Positions 42,773 through 51,755 of a stretch of DNA of 64,000 nt are shown here, piece after piece; the stretch's first letter is position 1; each line of letters opens with the position of its first letter. The notes under the pieces were generated by a model, which saw nothing but the letters and a program-made list of their open reading frames with translations, did not search any database and was not told where the DNA came from. Source of the stretch: a virus (Duplodnaviria; Caudoviricetes); the IMG/VR virus record IMGVR_UViG_3300047275_000752, positions 8,399 to 72,398 of that record. The stretch is one strand, 5' to 3'. A program made the translations under genes and the position numbers.

Positions 42773-44272
42773 ATGCAAGTCGTACATCCAATAAATAACC
42801 CTGAACTGGTAAGCTACCACCGTCCAGAGCTTGTCGGTTTGCTGCCCAGCCTTGAATTAGCATTAGATTGCTGGAGTCTGTTAGATACTGACGGCCGTGG
42901 CTCTGCCAAGGCTAAGTATTTGGTTCGAGAACAAGCGGAGCCAGCAACTGCCTACAAAGCTAGACTAGAAAGGTCTACTTATACACCGATTTACAGGGAT
43001 TCAATCAAAGCGTACGCTGGTCTTCTTAGCAGATTCCAGTTAGCTGGCGCTCCTCCGAGCATGGAGACGTGGGAAAAAGACGTAGACCTCCAGGGGTCCA
43101 GCGTTCAAAGCTTTTGGAATAGATGTGATGAATATGCCATCAGAGACGGTGGTGTGTTTGTCATGGTTGACATGATGCCTGGCAACGGCTTAGACAGCAA
43201 TTTCTTTGATCAACAGAGAGATGGCAGGCATCCTTACAAAATAATGATTGAAAGGAAAGATGTCATCAACTGGTCGGTGGAATATAGTGGCGGCAGGGAA
43301 TTTATTCACCATGCAACCATCCGCCAGATAAAGCAAAGGATGAACCCAGATGGGTTTGGGATAAAACTTGAGCCGGTCTATTATGTACTGAAACCATACC
43401 TAATCGAAGAGTATAATCTAGTTAAGTCAGGCAGGAAATGGACGCAAGAACTGGTTGGATCTTATCCGACTACACTGCCTGTTGTGCCACTCGTGTGGTA
43501 TGGGGCATCGATGAGCAGGTTTGCTCAAGGCGATATGCCATTAAATGGTCTTGCGGAATTAAGCATTCAGCACTTCCAAAGTCGGTCGGATTTAACGGAA
43601 TTGCTGCATAAATGCGCAATGCCAGTTCCGGTAAGGAAAGGTGCACCTCTTGGTCCGGACGGAAGGCCTTCTTCATTGATCATTGGACCAAATACTGCCG
43701 TAGATTTGCCGGGAGAAGGCGGAGACTTCACCTTTGCCGAACCTACTGGAAGAAGCCTGGAGCGACATCAGGCTGAAATCAGTCACATTGAGCAGTTAAT
43801 GGATAGGTCTGGTCTTAACTTCCTGTATGGAGCCAATATCAAGACCGCCACCGAGGCATCACTTAGAGCATCTCAAGTAGCATCTCAAGTAGCAGCACTT
43901 GTAAGGAACAAGACCAGCGCGTTTGGTGTAGTAATGCGCTTATGGGCCGCTTATGCGGGCGAAGAGCAGTACATCAATGCTGAATCCGGGATAGTCATCA
44001 ATGATAGCCTTATTAACAGGCCAATTGATCCTAGCGGCATCGCTCAATTAGTTAATCTCCGAAACGCAAAAATCTTGAGCACCGAAACCGTGCTAACGGA
44101 ACTACAGCGAGGAGGAGTTCTTGATCCAGACATGAGGATCAAGGAGGAAATCTCTAGAATTAAGGAAGAATTTCCGCCTGAAGAGCCGATAGTGTTAAGT
44201 AATCCGAACAGGCAGGCTACGGGAACCGTACAGCCAGTTGTGAACCCATTAGGAAAACCAGTAAGCAGGTGA
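42773..44272 (+). CDS. Portal protein (DUF4055-like)
   Basis: ~500 aa; Y..RL.R..Y pattern, HFQSRSD...LH, KTATEA and LSTET..ELQR. Confidence 0.8.
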   Translation: MQVVHPINNPELVSYHRPELVGLLPSLELALDCWSLLDTDGRGSAKAKYLVREQAEPATAYKARLERSTYTPIYRDSIKAYAGLLSRFQLAGAPPSMETWEKDVDLQGSSVQSFWNRCDEYAIRDGGVFVMVDMMPGNGLDSNFFDQQRDGRHPYKIMIERKDVINWSVEYSGGREFIHHATIRQIKQRMNPDGFGIKLEPVYYVLKPYLIEEYNLVKSGRKWTQELVGSYPTTLPVVPLVWYGASMSRFAQGDMPLNGLAELSIQHFQSRSDLTELLHKCAMPVPVRKGAPLGPDGRPSSLIIGPNTAVDLPGEGGDFTFAEPTGRSLERHQAEISHIEQLMDRSGLNFLYGANIKTATEASLRASQVASQVAALVRNKTSAFGVVMRLWAAYAGEEQYINAESGIVINDSLINRPIDPSGIAQLVNLRNAKILSTETVLTELQRGGVLDPDMRIKEEISRIKEEFPPEEPIVLSNPNRQATGTVQPVVNPLGKPVSR

Positions 44273-44318
44273 TGCCAGTTATCCGGCCTCCTTATACTGA
44301 ATAAAAGGATCCCAATCA

Positions 44319-44525
44319 ATGATTACCGCCAGGATTTATTTTAAGCCAGAATACTCCCAGTGCTTCATCCAGTCGGATGGCGGCTCGCAGTCAATCATTG
44401 AGCAAGTCTTTAGCTGTCCTGAGGAACTCATAGAAACACTTAAGGAGTTTGAACCTTTTATTTTAGAATGCACCACCGTTATTAACGGTAAAATGCTTTC
44501 ATTAAGTTCCTTTAAAGCTAAGTGA
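44319..44525 (+). CDS. Hypothetical protein, 68 aa
   Basis: ORF after TATACT at 44293-44298. Confidence 0.45.
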   Translation: MITARIYFKPEYSQCFIQSDGGSQSIIEQVFSCPEELIETLKEFEPFILECTTVINGKMLSLSSFKAK

Positions 44526-44875
44526 GTCATCCGCTTCCCAGCGGTAAATGGTTAAGATCACCTGGCGGCAATTTCGCCTACCGGGTGCTCGGTCCGTGCT
44601 GCCGCCTGTTCGATCGTGAGGAACTGCCCTGGCCGTGCTGCCGCCTGGCCTGGCGCAGTAAGGAGCCGAGCTGGAACAGGATAGGTAAGCGGTTTGTCCC
44701 AGACATAGCAGCTTCCCGTTGCCCGAGCTACGCTGTGGAAGCCGTAGATCAGTGGGGAGGCCTATGGATCCAAGTCTTGACCCTTTATCAAATCAGGCTA
44801 ACCACAGCCGAGAAGGAATGGTGGGTGACCAGGAAGCCAGCAAGCAAGGGCTACCCAGCACTAGATCAGGCATAA
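44522..44875 (+). CDS. Hypothetical protein, 117 aa
   Basis: GTGA overlap with previous ORF. Confidence 0.45.
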   Translation: MSHPLPSGKWLRSPGGNFAYRVLGPCCRLFDREELPWPCCRLAWRSKEPSWNRIGKRFVPDIAASRCPSYAVEAVDQWGGLWIQVLTLYQIRLTTAEKEWWVTRKPASKGYPALDQA

Positions 44876-44979
44876 ACTGGACCAGAATCCTGGCCGAGCG
44901 TGGTCTTGAGTCACCTGGCTATCATGAAGTGATTGCTAAGATGAAGCAAGAGGGCCGCATTAAATCTAAAGCACCTTAG
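44818..44979 (+). CDS. Small hypothetical protein, 53 aa
   Basis: GAAGGA RBS; INWTRILAERGLESPGY motif. Confidence 0.45.
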   Translation: MVGDQEASKQGLPSTRSGINWTRILAERGLESPGYHEVIAKMKQEGRIKSKAP

Positions 44980-45014
44980 ACTGGGCATGCCTGATACGAT
45001 TATCGAGCCAAGTC

Positions 45015-45275
45015 ATGACGAGCCAGTGCACGGAACGTCTTGTCTATTTCAAGCGTGCTGCGGAGATTCTCTCAACTGTGTTCACCAGCCCTCCTCCCAG
45101 CTTATTTAAGCAAGCCGACCAGAGCGGATGTCTTTCTGAATTTGAAAGGCTTTGTGAAGAGATGCGGGAATTCTTGAGTGACGAGGACTACCTTGGTGAC
45201 CTGGCCTGGTCGGAGTCTGGCGATCAAGACGACGAAGAGGACGAGGACGAGTGTTTCGAATTGTTACAATTGTAA
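45015..45275 (+). CDS. Acidic hypothetical protein, 86 aa
   Basis: ORF with D/E-rich tail. Confidence 0.45.
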   Translation: MTSQCTERLVYFKRAAEILSTVFTSPPPSLFKQADQSGCLSEFERLCEEMREFLSDEDYLGDLAWSESGDQDDEEDEDECFELLQL

Positions 45276-45328
45276 CAACCAGGACCCCGGTCCACGCTAG
45301 GATCGGGGTTCGTTCACAGGCAAATTCC

Positions 45329-45883
45329 ATGAATACAGTTGAGTTCAGGCTTCCCGAGAAATCTGAGCGCTACACAACCAGTCAGCGCAGGTCGAACAAA
45401 CCTGTCACATACTTCGCTTGTTCGATGATCGACAAATTTGTCGACGATGAACTTGATGTCGGTACGTTTACATGTCACAACACTCAAGTTGATTGCGAAA
45501 AGTCTGGTAGCGTCAGGACACTGTCTATTTATCTGCACGAAACAAAGCTTCTTAGCCTGTCTCTTGATAAGCACGGAGACTCTATCTATCTGCAACTGTC
45601 GATCGGTGACCGTTTCATGAAATACTCGGGCCATCCGGCCAGCGCAGTCGTTGAAAGGATGAATGGTATTTTGGACACACTTGGGTATCATAGTTTCATA
45701 CCGGTTGGTGTCAGGTTGTTCCGTAATCCTGAAAGCGATACCTTCTTCATTGGTGTCGGAAGTGGCGGTGGTTTGGTAGTGCCTGTTGGCAGGGATTACG
45801 CAAAGAATATCCTGATTGAATCGGATCCTGATGAGCTGATCATCATTGCCCACGATTGCAAACGACAAGATGACAAAGACTGA
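45329..45883 (+). CDS. Hypothetical protein, ~184 aa
   Basis: ORF in operon context. Confidence 0.5.
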   Translation: MNTVEFRLPEKSERYTTSQRRSNKPVTYFACSMIDKFVDDELDVGTFTCHNTQVDCEKSGSVRTLSIYLHETKLLSLSLDKHGDSIYLQLSIGDRFMKYSGHPASAVVERMNGILDTLGYHSFIPVGVRLFRNPESDTFFIGVGSGGGLVVPVGRDYAKNILIESDPDELIIIAHDCKRQDDKD

Positions 45884-46151
45884 AGAGTATCCCACATGGA
45901 TCTGCGAGGAATGTGGGATCAAACATGGCAGGTGGTTTCCTAAAGATGGAACTTACATAGGTCCATCACCTCTTTGTGCTACATATCATGTCGATCGATG
46001 CGATATGTGTAACAAAGATGGGGTAATGGTTACGGAGCCGAGAGATTTTGGTTACCTGAAAAGGGATTCTTTGTTAGAATATACAGAGAACCTTGCGCAC
46101 TTCAGGTATGCCAATAATGTTGGCAAAAAATCTCGGAAGATTGGGAAATAG
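45870..46151 (+). CDS. Zn-ribbon protein (CxxC...CxxC)
   Basis: CEECG...CDMC...TEPRDFGYL; paralogue of 63569-63796. Confidence 0.55.
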   Translation: MTKTEEYPTWICEECGIKHGRWFPKDGTYIGPSPLCATYHVDRCDMCNKDGVMVTEPRDFGYLKRDSLLEYTENLAHFRYANNVGKKSRKIGK

Positions 46152-46331
46152 AGTCTTACTCGAATTCCTTTGGATCCGTCAAACGAGTAAACCAAGGCCA
46201 GACTTTTCTGTTTCATTGTCAATCAGCTTCCGTCACGGGCTGGGAGTAAGCATGCTTACACCAGCCTTTTTGGCTGAAATCAGCTTGCTTCCAGATATAA
46301 GGTCTACTCATTATTACTATATGGAGCATTT

Positions 46332-46529
46332 TTGATGATTGATACGACTGGTCTGAATCTGAGGACGTATCCAAGCAGCCTGAAAATGTACAAGCTGATA
46401 TATAATGACGATACCTCTGCTACATTATTTGGCTGTGGCGCAGCCAATGCAATTGCTATTTCAAAAATGAAATGGCCTCACCTGGAAGTGACGGACATCC
46501 AAACACTGGATGATTCATGGAGGAATTGA
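46332..46529 (+). CDS. Hypothetical protein, 65 aa
   Basis: ORF with GGAG RBS. Confidence 0.4.
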   Translation: MMIDTTGLNLRTYPSSLKMYKLIYNDDTSATLFGCGAANAIAISKMKWPHLEVTDIQTLDDSWRN

Positions 46530-46603
46530 ATTAAGAAAAAATAAAGACTTCGACGATCCCTCCTAGACTTGGTAGCCTATTCCGATGTTGTGCTATGCTG
46601 GCA

Positions 46604-46668
46604 TCAACCAGTTACCTGAAACGGTGACTCCCTAACGGGATTTGGCTACTGGATGGCAGTAGCGTTGA
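46604..46668 (+). ncRNA. Candidate structured 5' leader (four-way junction) of rlpA-like gene
   Basis: Closing TCAAC/GTTGA plus three hairpins, right after extended -10 TGCTATGCT (46591-46599). Confidence 0.45.
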
Positions 46669-46683
46669 GTTCTGTTCTGACTA

Positions 46684-47052
46684 TTGCTTAAAACACTTCT
46701 TTCGACTGCCGCTTTTGCAGTATCAGGATTCCTCCTGTTGCCTGCAAGAGCGGCAGTTTCACAATGCACTTTTGCTTCTCATTATGGTGTCGGCGATGGT
46801 TACCATGGTAAATCAACTGCAAATGGAGAAAAGTTCAATGCCTATGGTAAAACCGCTGCTCACCGAACACTGCCATTTGGCACCAGGCTGCTTGTGCAAA
46901 ATCCGGCCAACAACAAAACAGTAGTGGTAAGGATCAATGATCGAGGCCCCTTTCACGCTGGACGTGACATTGATCTGAGCTACGGCGCGTTTGGCGAGCT
47001 TGCCGGCACTGGTACTGGCGTTACAAAAGTTTGCTATTCGAGGATTGCATAA
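46684..47052 (+). CDS. rlpA: RlpA-like (double-psi beta-barrel) lytic transglycosylase family protein with signal peptide
   Basis: ASHYG...TANGE...TAAHRTLPFGT...VRINDRGP...DIDLS. Confidence 0.9.
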   Translation: MLKTLLSTAAFAVSGFLLLPARAAVSQCTFASHYGVGDGYHGKSTANGEKFNAYGKTAAHRTLPFGTRLLVQNPANNKTVVVRINDRGPFHAGRDIDLSYGAFGELAGTGTGVTKVCYSRIA

Positions 47053-47072
47053 CGCCAAGTGGCGGTTACCCT

Positions 47073-47095
47073 GGGGGCTATGCCCCCTTTTTTTT
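47073..47095 (+). terminator. Intrinsic terminator
   Basis: GGGGGC-TAT-GCCCCC + T8. Confidence 0.75.
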
Positions 47096-47638
47096 ATGGT
47101 CGACTTCCAGTTCAGCCAGGAGCAGCGTCTAAGGGCCTATCACGAAGGCCTTAGGCGTCAGTCGATCAATGAGTCCAAGGGGCTCAAGGGGCGCAACAAG
47201 GCCCCTGTAGCGGGCCGAGAAGCCCAGGAGATGCATCTACTCGGAGCGGCCGGTGAAATGGCCGTAGCGGCCTTCCTGGGGCTGGAGGAATACCTTTATG
47301 GCGACGAGATGCCCGTCAGGGGATCTTGTGACTTACCTGGTATAGATGTAAAAGCAAGAAAACGGCATTGGCATGATTTGCTGATCCAGCTAGATGATGA
47401 TCCAAGCAAGGTCTTCGTTTTAGTTACGATTCATAACAAAAGGACACTGATACACGGATGGATAACTGGTTTTGATGGCATGCAGGAATCCTGGATAAGA
47501 TCATTTCAGAAAGATAGGCCTTGTTATGCTGTGCCAAAGAGTCAACTGAAACCCATGGAGGAACTTCAATGTCGAGTGGCTGCTGTTTTGAAAGAGAAGA
47601 CTGCTGGCTTGAATGGGAAGAAGATGAAGCTATTTTGA
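47096..47638 (+). CDS. Putative restriction-endonuclease-like (PD-(D/E)XK) protein
   Basis: GAAGEMAVA...CDL...IDVK pattern. Confidence 0.45.
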   Translation: MVDFQFSQEQRLRAYHEGLRRQSINESKGLKGRNKAPVAGREAQEMHLLGAAGEMAVAAFLGLEEYLYGDEMPVRGSCDLPGIDVKARKRHWHDLLIQLDDDPSKVFVLVTIHNKRTLIHGWITGFDGMQESWIRSFQKDRPCYAVPKSQLKPMEELQCRVAAVLKEKTAGLNGKKMKLF

Positions 47639-47757
47639 ACTTTTCGCAAAATGCAATAGATTATCTTGGCTGGCAAGTTGGGGACGAGCTAAACTTTGAG
47701 GTATGTGGGGATGGTTCGGTGATAATCAAAAAATGCACAAGTGATCAAGATGGATGA
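47569..47757 (+). CDS. AbrB/MazE/SpoVT-like DNA-binding protein
   Basis: LNFSQNAIDYLGWQVGDELNFEV...VIIKK. Confidence 0.6.
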   Translation: MSSGCCFEREDCWLEWEEDEAILNFSQNAIDYLGWQVGDELNFEVCGDGSVIIKKCTSDQDG

Positions 47758-47962
47758 CAAACCACTTACGATCAACGAACTCAGAAGGGTAGCCGCTGCA
47801 AAAGCTTGGAATGCTTGTCGATCAGACAATGATCCAATACAAGTGCCGGAAAATTTCTACTACATAGTCGACTTAATCATAAAGGAATGCTATGTAAATC
47901 TTGACAAGATGATTCTTTGTGTTATAAAACAAAGACTAGATTCCCTGTATGATACGAAATGA
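47741..47962 (+). CDS. Hypothetical protein, 73 aa
   Basis: ORF in operon context. Confidence 0.4.
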   Translation: MIKMDDKPLTINELRRVAAAKAWNACRSDNDPIQVPENFYYIVDLIIKECYVNLDKMILCVIKQRLDSLYDTK

Positions 47963-48070
47963 AAGAGGAAGAAATCCTAAAGCTGATAAACGCTAAGATC
48001 CGTGACCACGAGATCAGGGTCGCAATCGTATCGGGTATCATAGGCCTGTCCATGACGGCAGGAATTATCC

Positions 48071-48271
48071 ATGCGATTCATCTCAACCACGTCTTACTGC
48101 TCTCTTGACGCAAGACCGAGTCTCACTCAGGAAGAGTGGGATGAGCTGGTTGTTTTGAAAAACGCAATAAGCTACTTGCCAAGCACAGTGCATCCAGCTA
48201 AGATGCAAAGGTTCAGCCAGCTATTCGCTAAGAGCTTGCTGGGTAAAGGTGATCCGATCATTGAACAATGA
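48071..48271 (+). CDS. Hypothetical protein, 66 aa
   Basis: LTQEEWDELVVLKNAISYLPSTVHP. Confidence 0.5.
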   Translation: MRFISTTSYCSLDARPSLTQEEWDELVVLKNAISYLPSTVHPAKMQRFSQLFAKSLLGKGDPIIEQ

Positions 48272-48498
48272 CACCAAATGTTGATTATTCTGCTTCCCAC
48301 GAGAAGGATGGATTTTACTTCAAGCATAAAGTCGGCAATAATTGGTTTAAAATGCAAATTTCTTACCATGACTGTTTACAGATTGTTGTTGCTTTTACTC
48401 ATTTCTTGCTTGGGTGCGGATTCTCTAGTGAGCTTGTCATCAACGGATTGCGACACGCCATCAACGACCTAGAAACGTCTCGTCAGCCAAGGAGCTGA
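48268..48498 (+). CDS. Hypothetical protein, 76 aa
   Basis: ATGA overlap; FTHFLLGCGF. Confidence 0.5.
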   Translation: MTPNVDYSASHEKDGFYFKHKVGNNWFKMQISYHDCLQIVVAFTHFLLGCGFSSELVINGLRHAINDLETSRQPRS

Positions 48499-48503
48499 CA
48501 ACC

Positions 48504-48524
48504 GCCCCTTCCAAGGGGCTTTTT
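48504..48524 (+). terminator. Intrinsic terminator-like hairpin
   Basis: GCCCC-TTCCAA-GGGGC + T5. Confidence 0.6.
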
Positions 48525-48525
48525 A

Positions 48526-49023
48526 ATGAAATGTTTCCATTTCTTAAGAAATCCCAAATATCGGCACTTGCTGACCTATGGCTGGTCTATGGTTGAGACA
48601 CAGGGAGATCCCTGGTACTACCGCAAACACACACACCCCATGGAAAGGACTATTAACTTCTCTGATGTCATTAGCTATGATTTCAATGTGATTGGGTCGG
48701 ATATGTTTCTTGAATTATCCCAACAAGACTCTGAAACAAAAATCAAGATCGCCATCAGAACAGCCGACAAAGGAAAACCCATTAGCGATCAGATGAAACT
48801 TTTGCCGGCCGCGATAAGTCACAACACAGCAGTCACCAAGAAGCGCAACTTACGGACTAAAATGACAGAAGAAGCTGTCAAAGAAATCAGAAGCAACTGG
48901 GAGCAGGTTGTTAAAGCGTGTGGCACCAAGAACGCTGCGGCTGAACGCTTAGCAAAAATTTACAATTGCAGCTCTAAGAATATCTACGCAATTATTTACA
49001 GGTATTCATGGGCACACGTCTGA
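48526..49023 (+). CDS. Protein with C-terminal HTH
   Basis: KMTEEAVKEIR...LAKIYNCSSKNIYAIIYRYSW. Confidence 0.55.
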   Translation: MKCFHFLRNPKYRHLLTYGWSMVETQGDPWYYRKHTHPMERTINFSDVISYDFNVIGSDMFLELSQQDSETKIKIAIRTADKGKPISDQMKLLPAAISHNTAVTKKRNLRTKMTEEAVKEIRSNWEQVVKACGTKNAAAERLAKIYNCSSKNIYAIIYRYSWAHV

Positions 49024-49041
49024 CCTAGGTCGTTAGACTGT

Positions 49042-49115
49042 CCTCGAAGGCGGTAGACGCGTCTTCGGGTGTGAGGTAAACTGGCACCAGTCATCCCCTA
49101 GACTGGTGCTTTTTT
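49042..49115 (+). ncRNA. Candidate small RNA (hairpin + terminator)
   Basis: -10 TAGACT at 49034-49039; hairpin GAAGGCG/CGTCTTC; 9-bp terminator GCACCAGTC/GACTGGTGC + T6. Confidence 0.4.
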
Positions 49116-49505
49116 ATGCCTAACGATCATCCTACGATCGAGGTGTCGACAGAATTCACCGATTCCGTTGTCTTGGATTATTATCCGCATGAAACAAAAG
49201 AGAGGATAGTCGAAACAAGTGTTAGCTACGACGGAGAAGTATTTTGCGTAGACTGCTGTTATGCTTTTTCTGACGAGATCCATGATTCCAATAAATGGGA
49301 CCAGGAGGGCATCACTACCTTCGGATGGCGGCATGCCAACCTTGTGATATGCTCATTATTGGCATTACTAGAAGCGTACGGTCAGCCACATTTGTTAAAT
49401 GACGCGGACATACAGGAGGATTTCTCCAGAATGGTTCAGGAGACCAAAAACTCTTATGCTGAAAAAGCATTTGAGCAAATACGTAATGGACTCAAAAGAG
49501 AATGA
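49116..49505 (+). CDS. Hypothetical protein, 129 aa
   Basis: ORF. Confidence 0.5.
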   Translation: MPNDHPTIEVSTEFTDSVVLDYYPHETKERIVETSVSYDGEVFCVDCCYAFSDEIHDSNKWDQEGITTFGWRHANLVICSLLALLEAYGQPHLLNDADIQEDFSRMVQETKNSYAEKAFEQIRNGLKRE

Positions 49506-49659
49506 CTTTCGGTTTTCTGGTGTCAATAGGGCTAAGTCTTTGAAGCCATTGACTGCATGGGATGATAAAAAAGTAGCAGCTCGTGCAGAAGTGTATGATT
49601 ATGATAGTAAACGATGGAATCTTAATAGGAACCATTAAAATGTCAGGGAAGTCAATGCA

Positions 49660-49869
49660 ATGATCATTGACCCATCAAAAAGGACATGGAATACGTCCGT
49701 GCGCTCCCCATGGAATGCACGGATTTTTCATATTTTAAAGTCAATCGATGCACATAATGAATTGTATTTTCGCACCTTAGATGACTGGCATCTTGAGCAA
49801 GCCAGTTATCTTAGACATTATTTGAATTCATTAAAGACCTGGATTAAAGATCAGGAATCCGATCGGTAG
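49660..49869 (+). CDS. Hypothetical protein, 69 aa
   Basis: ORF with GGGA RBS. Confidence 0.45.
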   Translation: MIIDPSKRTWNTSVRSPWNARIFHILKSIDAHNELYFRTLDDWHLEQASYLRHYLNSLKTWIKDQESDR

Positions 49870-50120
49870 CCGCCAGAAATCCTCCTGAGGTATCTAAGCC
49901 CAGAGGTTAATGAATAACTTTCCGGCCTGGTGCTGGGTGAATCATTCCACTTGATAAGTAAGTCATGACGGAGAGGGCCACGTTCAAAGTTAACCTTGAA
50001 ATTATTTTGCTTAGCAAGATCAACTAATTCTGTCACGGACCCGCAGTATTTCAGCCGGTCATGAATGATTAATTCAGGTCTTTGATCGTAAAGTTCCCCG
50101 TATGCATTGTAATCAGTCAT
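49851..50120 (-). CDS. Hypothetical protein, 89 aa
   Basis: ORF downstream of tandem palindromes and a TAGAAT -10. Confidence 0.45.
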   Translation of the reverse strand: MTDYNAYGELYDQRPELIIHDRLKYCGSVTELVDLAKQNNFKVNFERGPLRHDLLIKWNDSPSTRPESYSLTSGLRYLRRISGGYRSDS

Positions 50121-50143
50121 TGGCTGTATTCCTAGTAGGCTTC

Positions 50144-50192
50144 ATTTATCCGGATTACTGATAAATGTGATTTATCCGGTTTCCTGATATTC
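50144..50192. promoter_or_regulatory. Tandem imperfect palindromes, operator-like
   Basis: ATTTATC-CGGATTACT-GATAAAT and ATTTATC-CGGTTTCCT-GATATTC, 26-bp period. Confidence 0.45.
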
Positions 50193-50360
50193 TACCTATG
50201 ACATGTTAGAATGCGTTCATCGCCAAGGGTCGCTTTTCATTGCTTACTGGTCGTGCAGTTAGAACGTGTTGACGAATTGTATTCACATACCGTCTGCAGG
50301 GCCATGAATAGCCCTGCCAGCAAGATGCTGTAGCCAGACAGGAGTGCTACAACAAAAAAT

Positions 50361-50501
50361 TCAGCTCTTCTTAGTCCGCTTTCTGCTTTTTGATTGGCTG
50401 AGGGCGATTGCTTGCGCTTGTTTCGGATCATAACCCTCTTTGATTAACTTGCTGATGTTAGAGCTGATCGTTTTCTGACCGCTTCCTTTCTTTAAAGGCA
50501 T
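50361..50501 (-). CDS. Small basic protein MPLKKG family, 46 aa (not in ORF track)
   Basis: [32 protein letters not shown], a widespread phage peptide; GGAG RBS. Confidence 0.65.
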   Translation of the reverse strand: MPLKKGSGQKTISSNISKLIKEGYDPKQAQAIALSQSKSRKRTKKS

Positions 50502-50603
50502 TACAGGACTCCAAGCTGTCTAACATTAGAACCCAAACAACAAATGCTCCGGTCCCTAGTAATACGATTCCGATACCGATGGAAACATCCCACGGAAAGT
50601 CAG

Positions 50604-50852
50604 TCATTTCTGTTTGTTATCGGGATTAAGTTCTTGCATTAGATACTGACGTAAAGCTCTGTCAGAGGGTGTTGGTACCGGTTTCAGGTCGATTTCGAGT
50701 ACTCTCAGTCGTATTTGGCGAGCGTAATAGTCATCTAATTGGCGTTTCACCTCTTGTGACTTGGCGTATCTGGAATCGATGGTCACAGTTGTCGTAACAA
50801 CACCAACAACAAAAGCTAAAATTGCGCCGATTATTTGGATGTGCTTTTCCAT
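50604..50852 (-). CDS. Membrane protein, 82 aa
   Basis: N-terminal TM IIGAILAFVVGVV; GGAGAG RBS. Confidence 0.5.
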   Translation of the reverse strand: MEKHIQIIGAILAFVVGVVTTTVTIDSRYAKSQEVKRQLDDYYARQIRLRVLEIDLKPVPTPSDRALRQYLMQELNPDNKQK

Positions 50853-50856
50853 ACAC

Positions 50857-51147
50857 TCACCAGAGTTCCCGATTGCTCCAATATGCACCCGAAAGTTTGC
50901 CTCGTGCAATATTCTTTGCATGCCTGCTTTTAAATGACTTGCGCCGTGCCTTATCCTTGGCAGAATCTCCTGAACCAGGCTTGCCGGCAGTCGTCATTTT
51001 CTGATCGCCGAAGCGCACGAGTTTCACCTTATCGCCTTCCTTGGCAAGGACTACACCCTTCTTGGTCGGATGATCTGGTGTGCGCTTTGGCTTATTGTAA
51101 CCCTGTAGGCCGTACCGCTTCAAGCGTGGATCTTGTTTCGGTGCCAT
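50857..51147 (-). CDS. Basic protein, DUF6321-like
   Basis: YNKPKRTPDHPTKK..VLAKEGDKVKLVRFG...RRKSFKSRH...YWS. Confidence 0.6.
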   Translation of the reverse strand: MAPKQDPRLKRYGLQGYNKPKRTPDHPTKKGVVLAKEGDKVKLVRFGDQKMTTAGKPGSGDSAKDKARRKSFKSRHAKNIARGKLSGAYWSNRELW

Positions 51148-51305
51148 TACTTTTTGCCCTTTTTCGCTGTTTTTGCTGCGGCACGAAAATCTGCGGCACT
51201 AGGCGCACCCTTGGCCCCAGGTTTCCGCATGCGCTCGTCGCTACCCTGCTCTATCCGCCGACGTTTTGCTGCAATATTGGCATATAAGCCAGGTTTCTTT
51301 GCCAT
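51147..51305 (-). CDS. Small basic protein, 52 aa (not in ORF track)
   Basis: MAKKPGLYANIAAKRRRI...GAPSAADFRAAAKTAKK; late motif at 51326-51334 upstream. Confidence 0.65.
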   Translation of the reverse strand: MAKKPGLYANIAAKRRRIEQGSDERMRKPGAKGAPSAADFRAAAKTAKKGKK

Positions 51306-51370
51306 AGTTTAAAATGCCAACTTACTAGATTACCGGAATATAGTTATACTGCGCTAGATGCTGACTACGC

Positions 51371-51721
51371 ATGGCGTGCAGTACTACTCAAGAAGCAAGG
51401 CAGCGCAAGAAGAGCGCCAACATTAAAAACAGACAAAAATATCGAGACATGATAAATGACTTCAAGGATAAACCTTGCGCCATTTGCCATAAAAGCCACC
51501 ATGCTATTGCTATGGACTTGCATCACATAGATCCATCCACTAAGGATCAGGACATTTCTAAGATGTTAAGATCAAAAGGATATGAAAAAATTCAGCAAGA
51601 GTTAAACAAATGCGTAGTATTGTGTGCTATTTGTCACAGGTTATTGCACGCCGGTCTCGTTGATCTAGATGTCACGAACGGGGGTCGAACCCGTACAGGC
51701 GCAATGCCCGACGCATTTTAA
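51371..51721 (+). CDS. HNH endonuclease
   Basis: CAIC...DLHHIDP...KCVVLCAICHRLLH. Confidence 0.8.
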   Translation: MACSTTQEARQRKKSANIKNRQKYRDMINDFKDKPCAICHKSHHAIAMDLHHIDPSTKDQDISKMLRSKGYEKIQQELNKCVVLCAICHRLLHAGLVDLDVTNGGRTRTGAMPDAF

Positions 51722-51754
51722 GTGCGTTCTGTCTACCAATTCCAGCACCGTGAC
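51670..51754 (-). tRNA. trnL: tRNA-Leu(TAA)
   Basis: GTCACGG acceptor, anticodon loop CTTAAAA, long variable arm, TTCGACC T-loop. Confidence 0.9.
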
Positions 51755-51755
51755 T

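Noticed and set aside
46604-46668. c-di-AMP (ydaO) or glutamine riboswitch upstream of rlpA
   Set aside because: Too short and lacking the conserved sequence blocks I know; kept only as an unassigned structure.
50237-50431. 64-aa minus-strand ORF from the track
   Set aside because: Its first third overlaps the recognisable MPLKKG gene in another frame. A shorter membrane peptide is possible but has no supported start.
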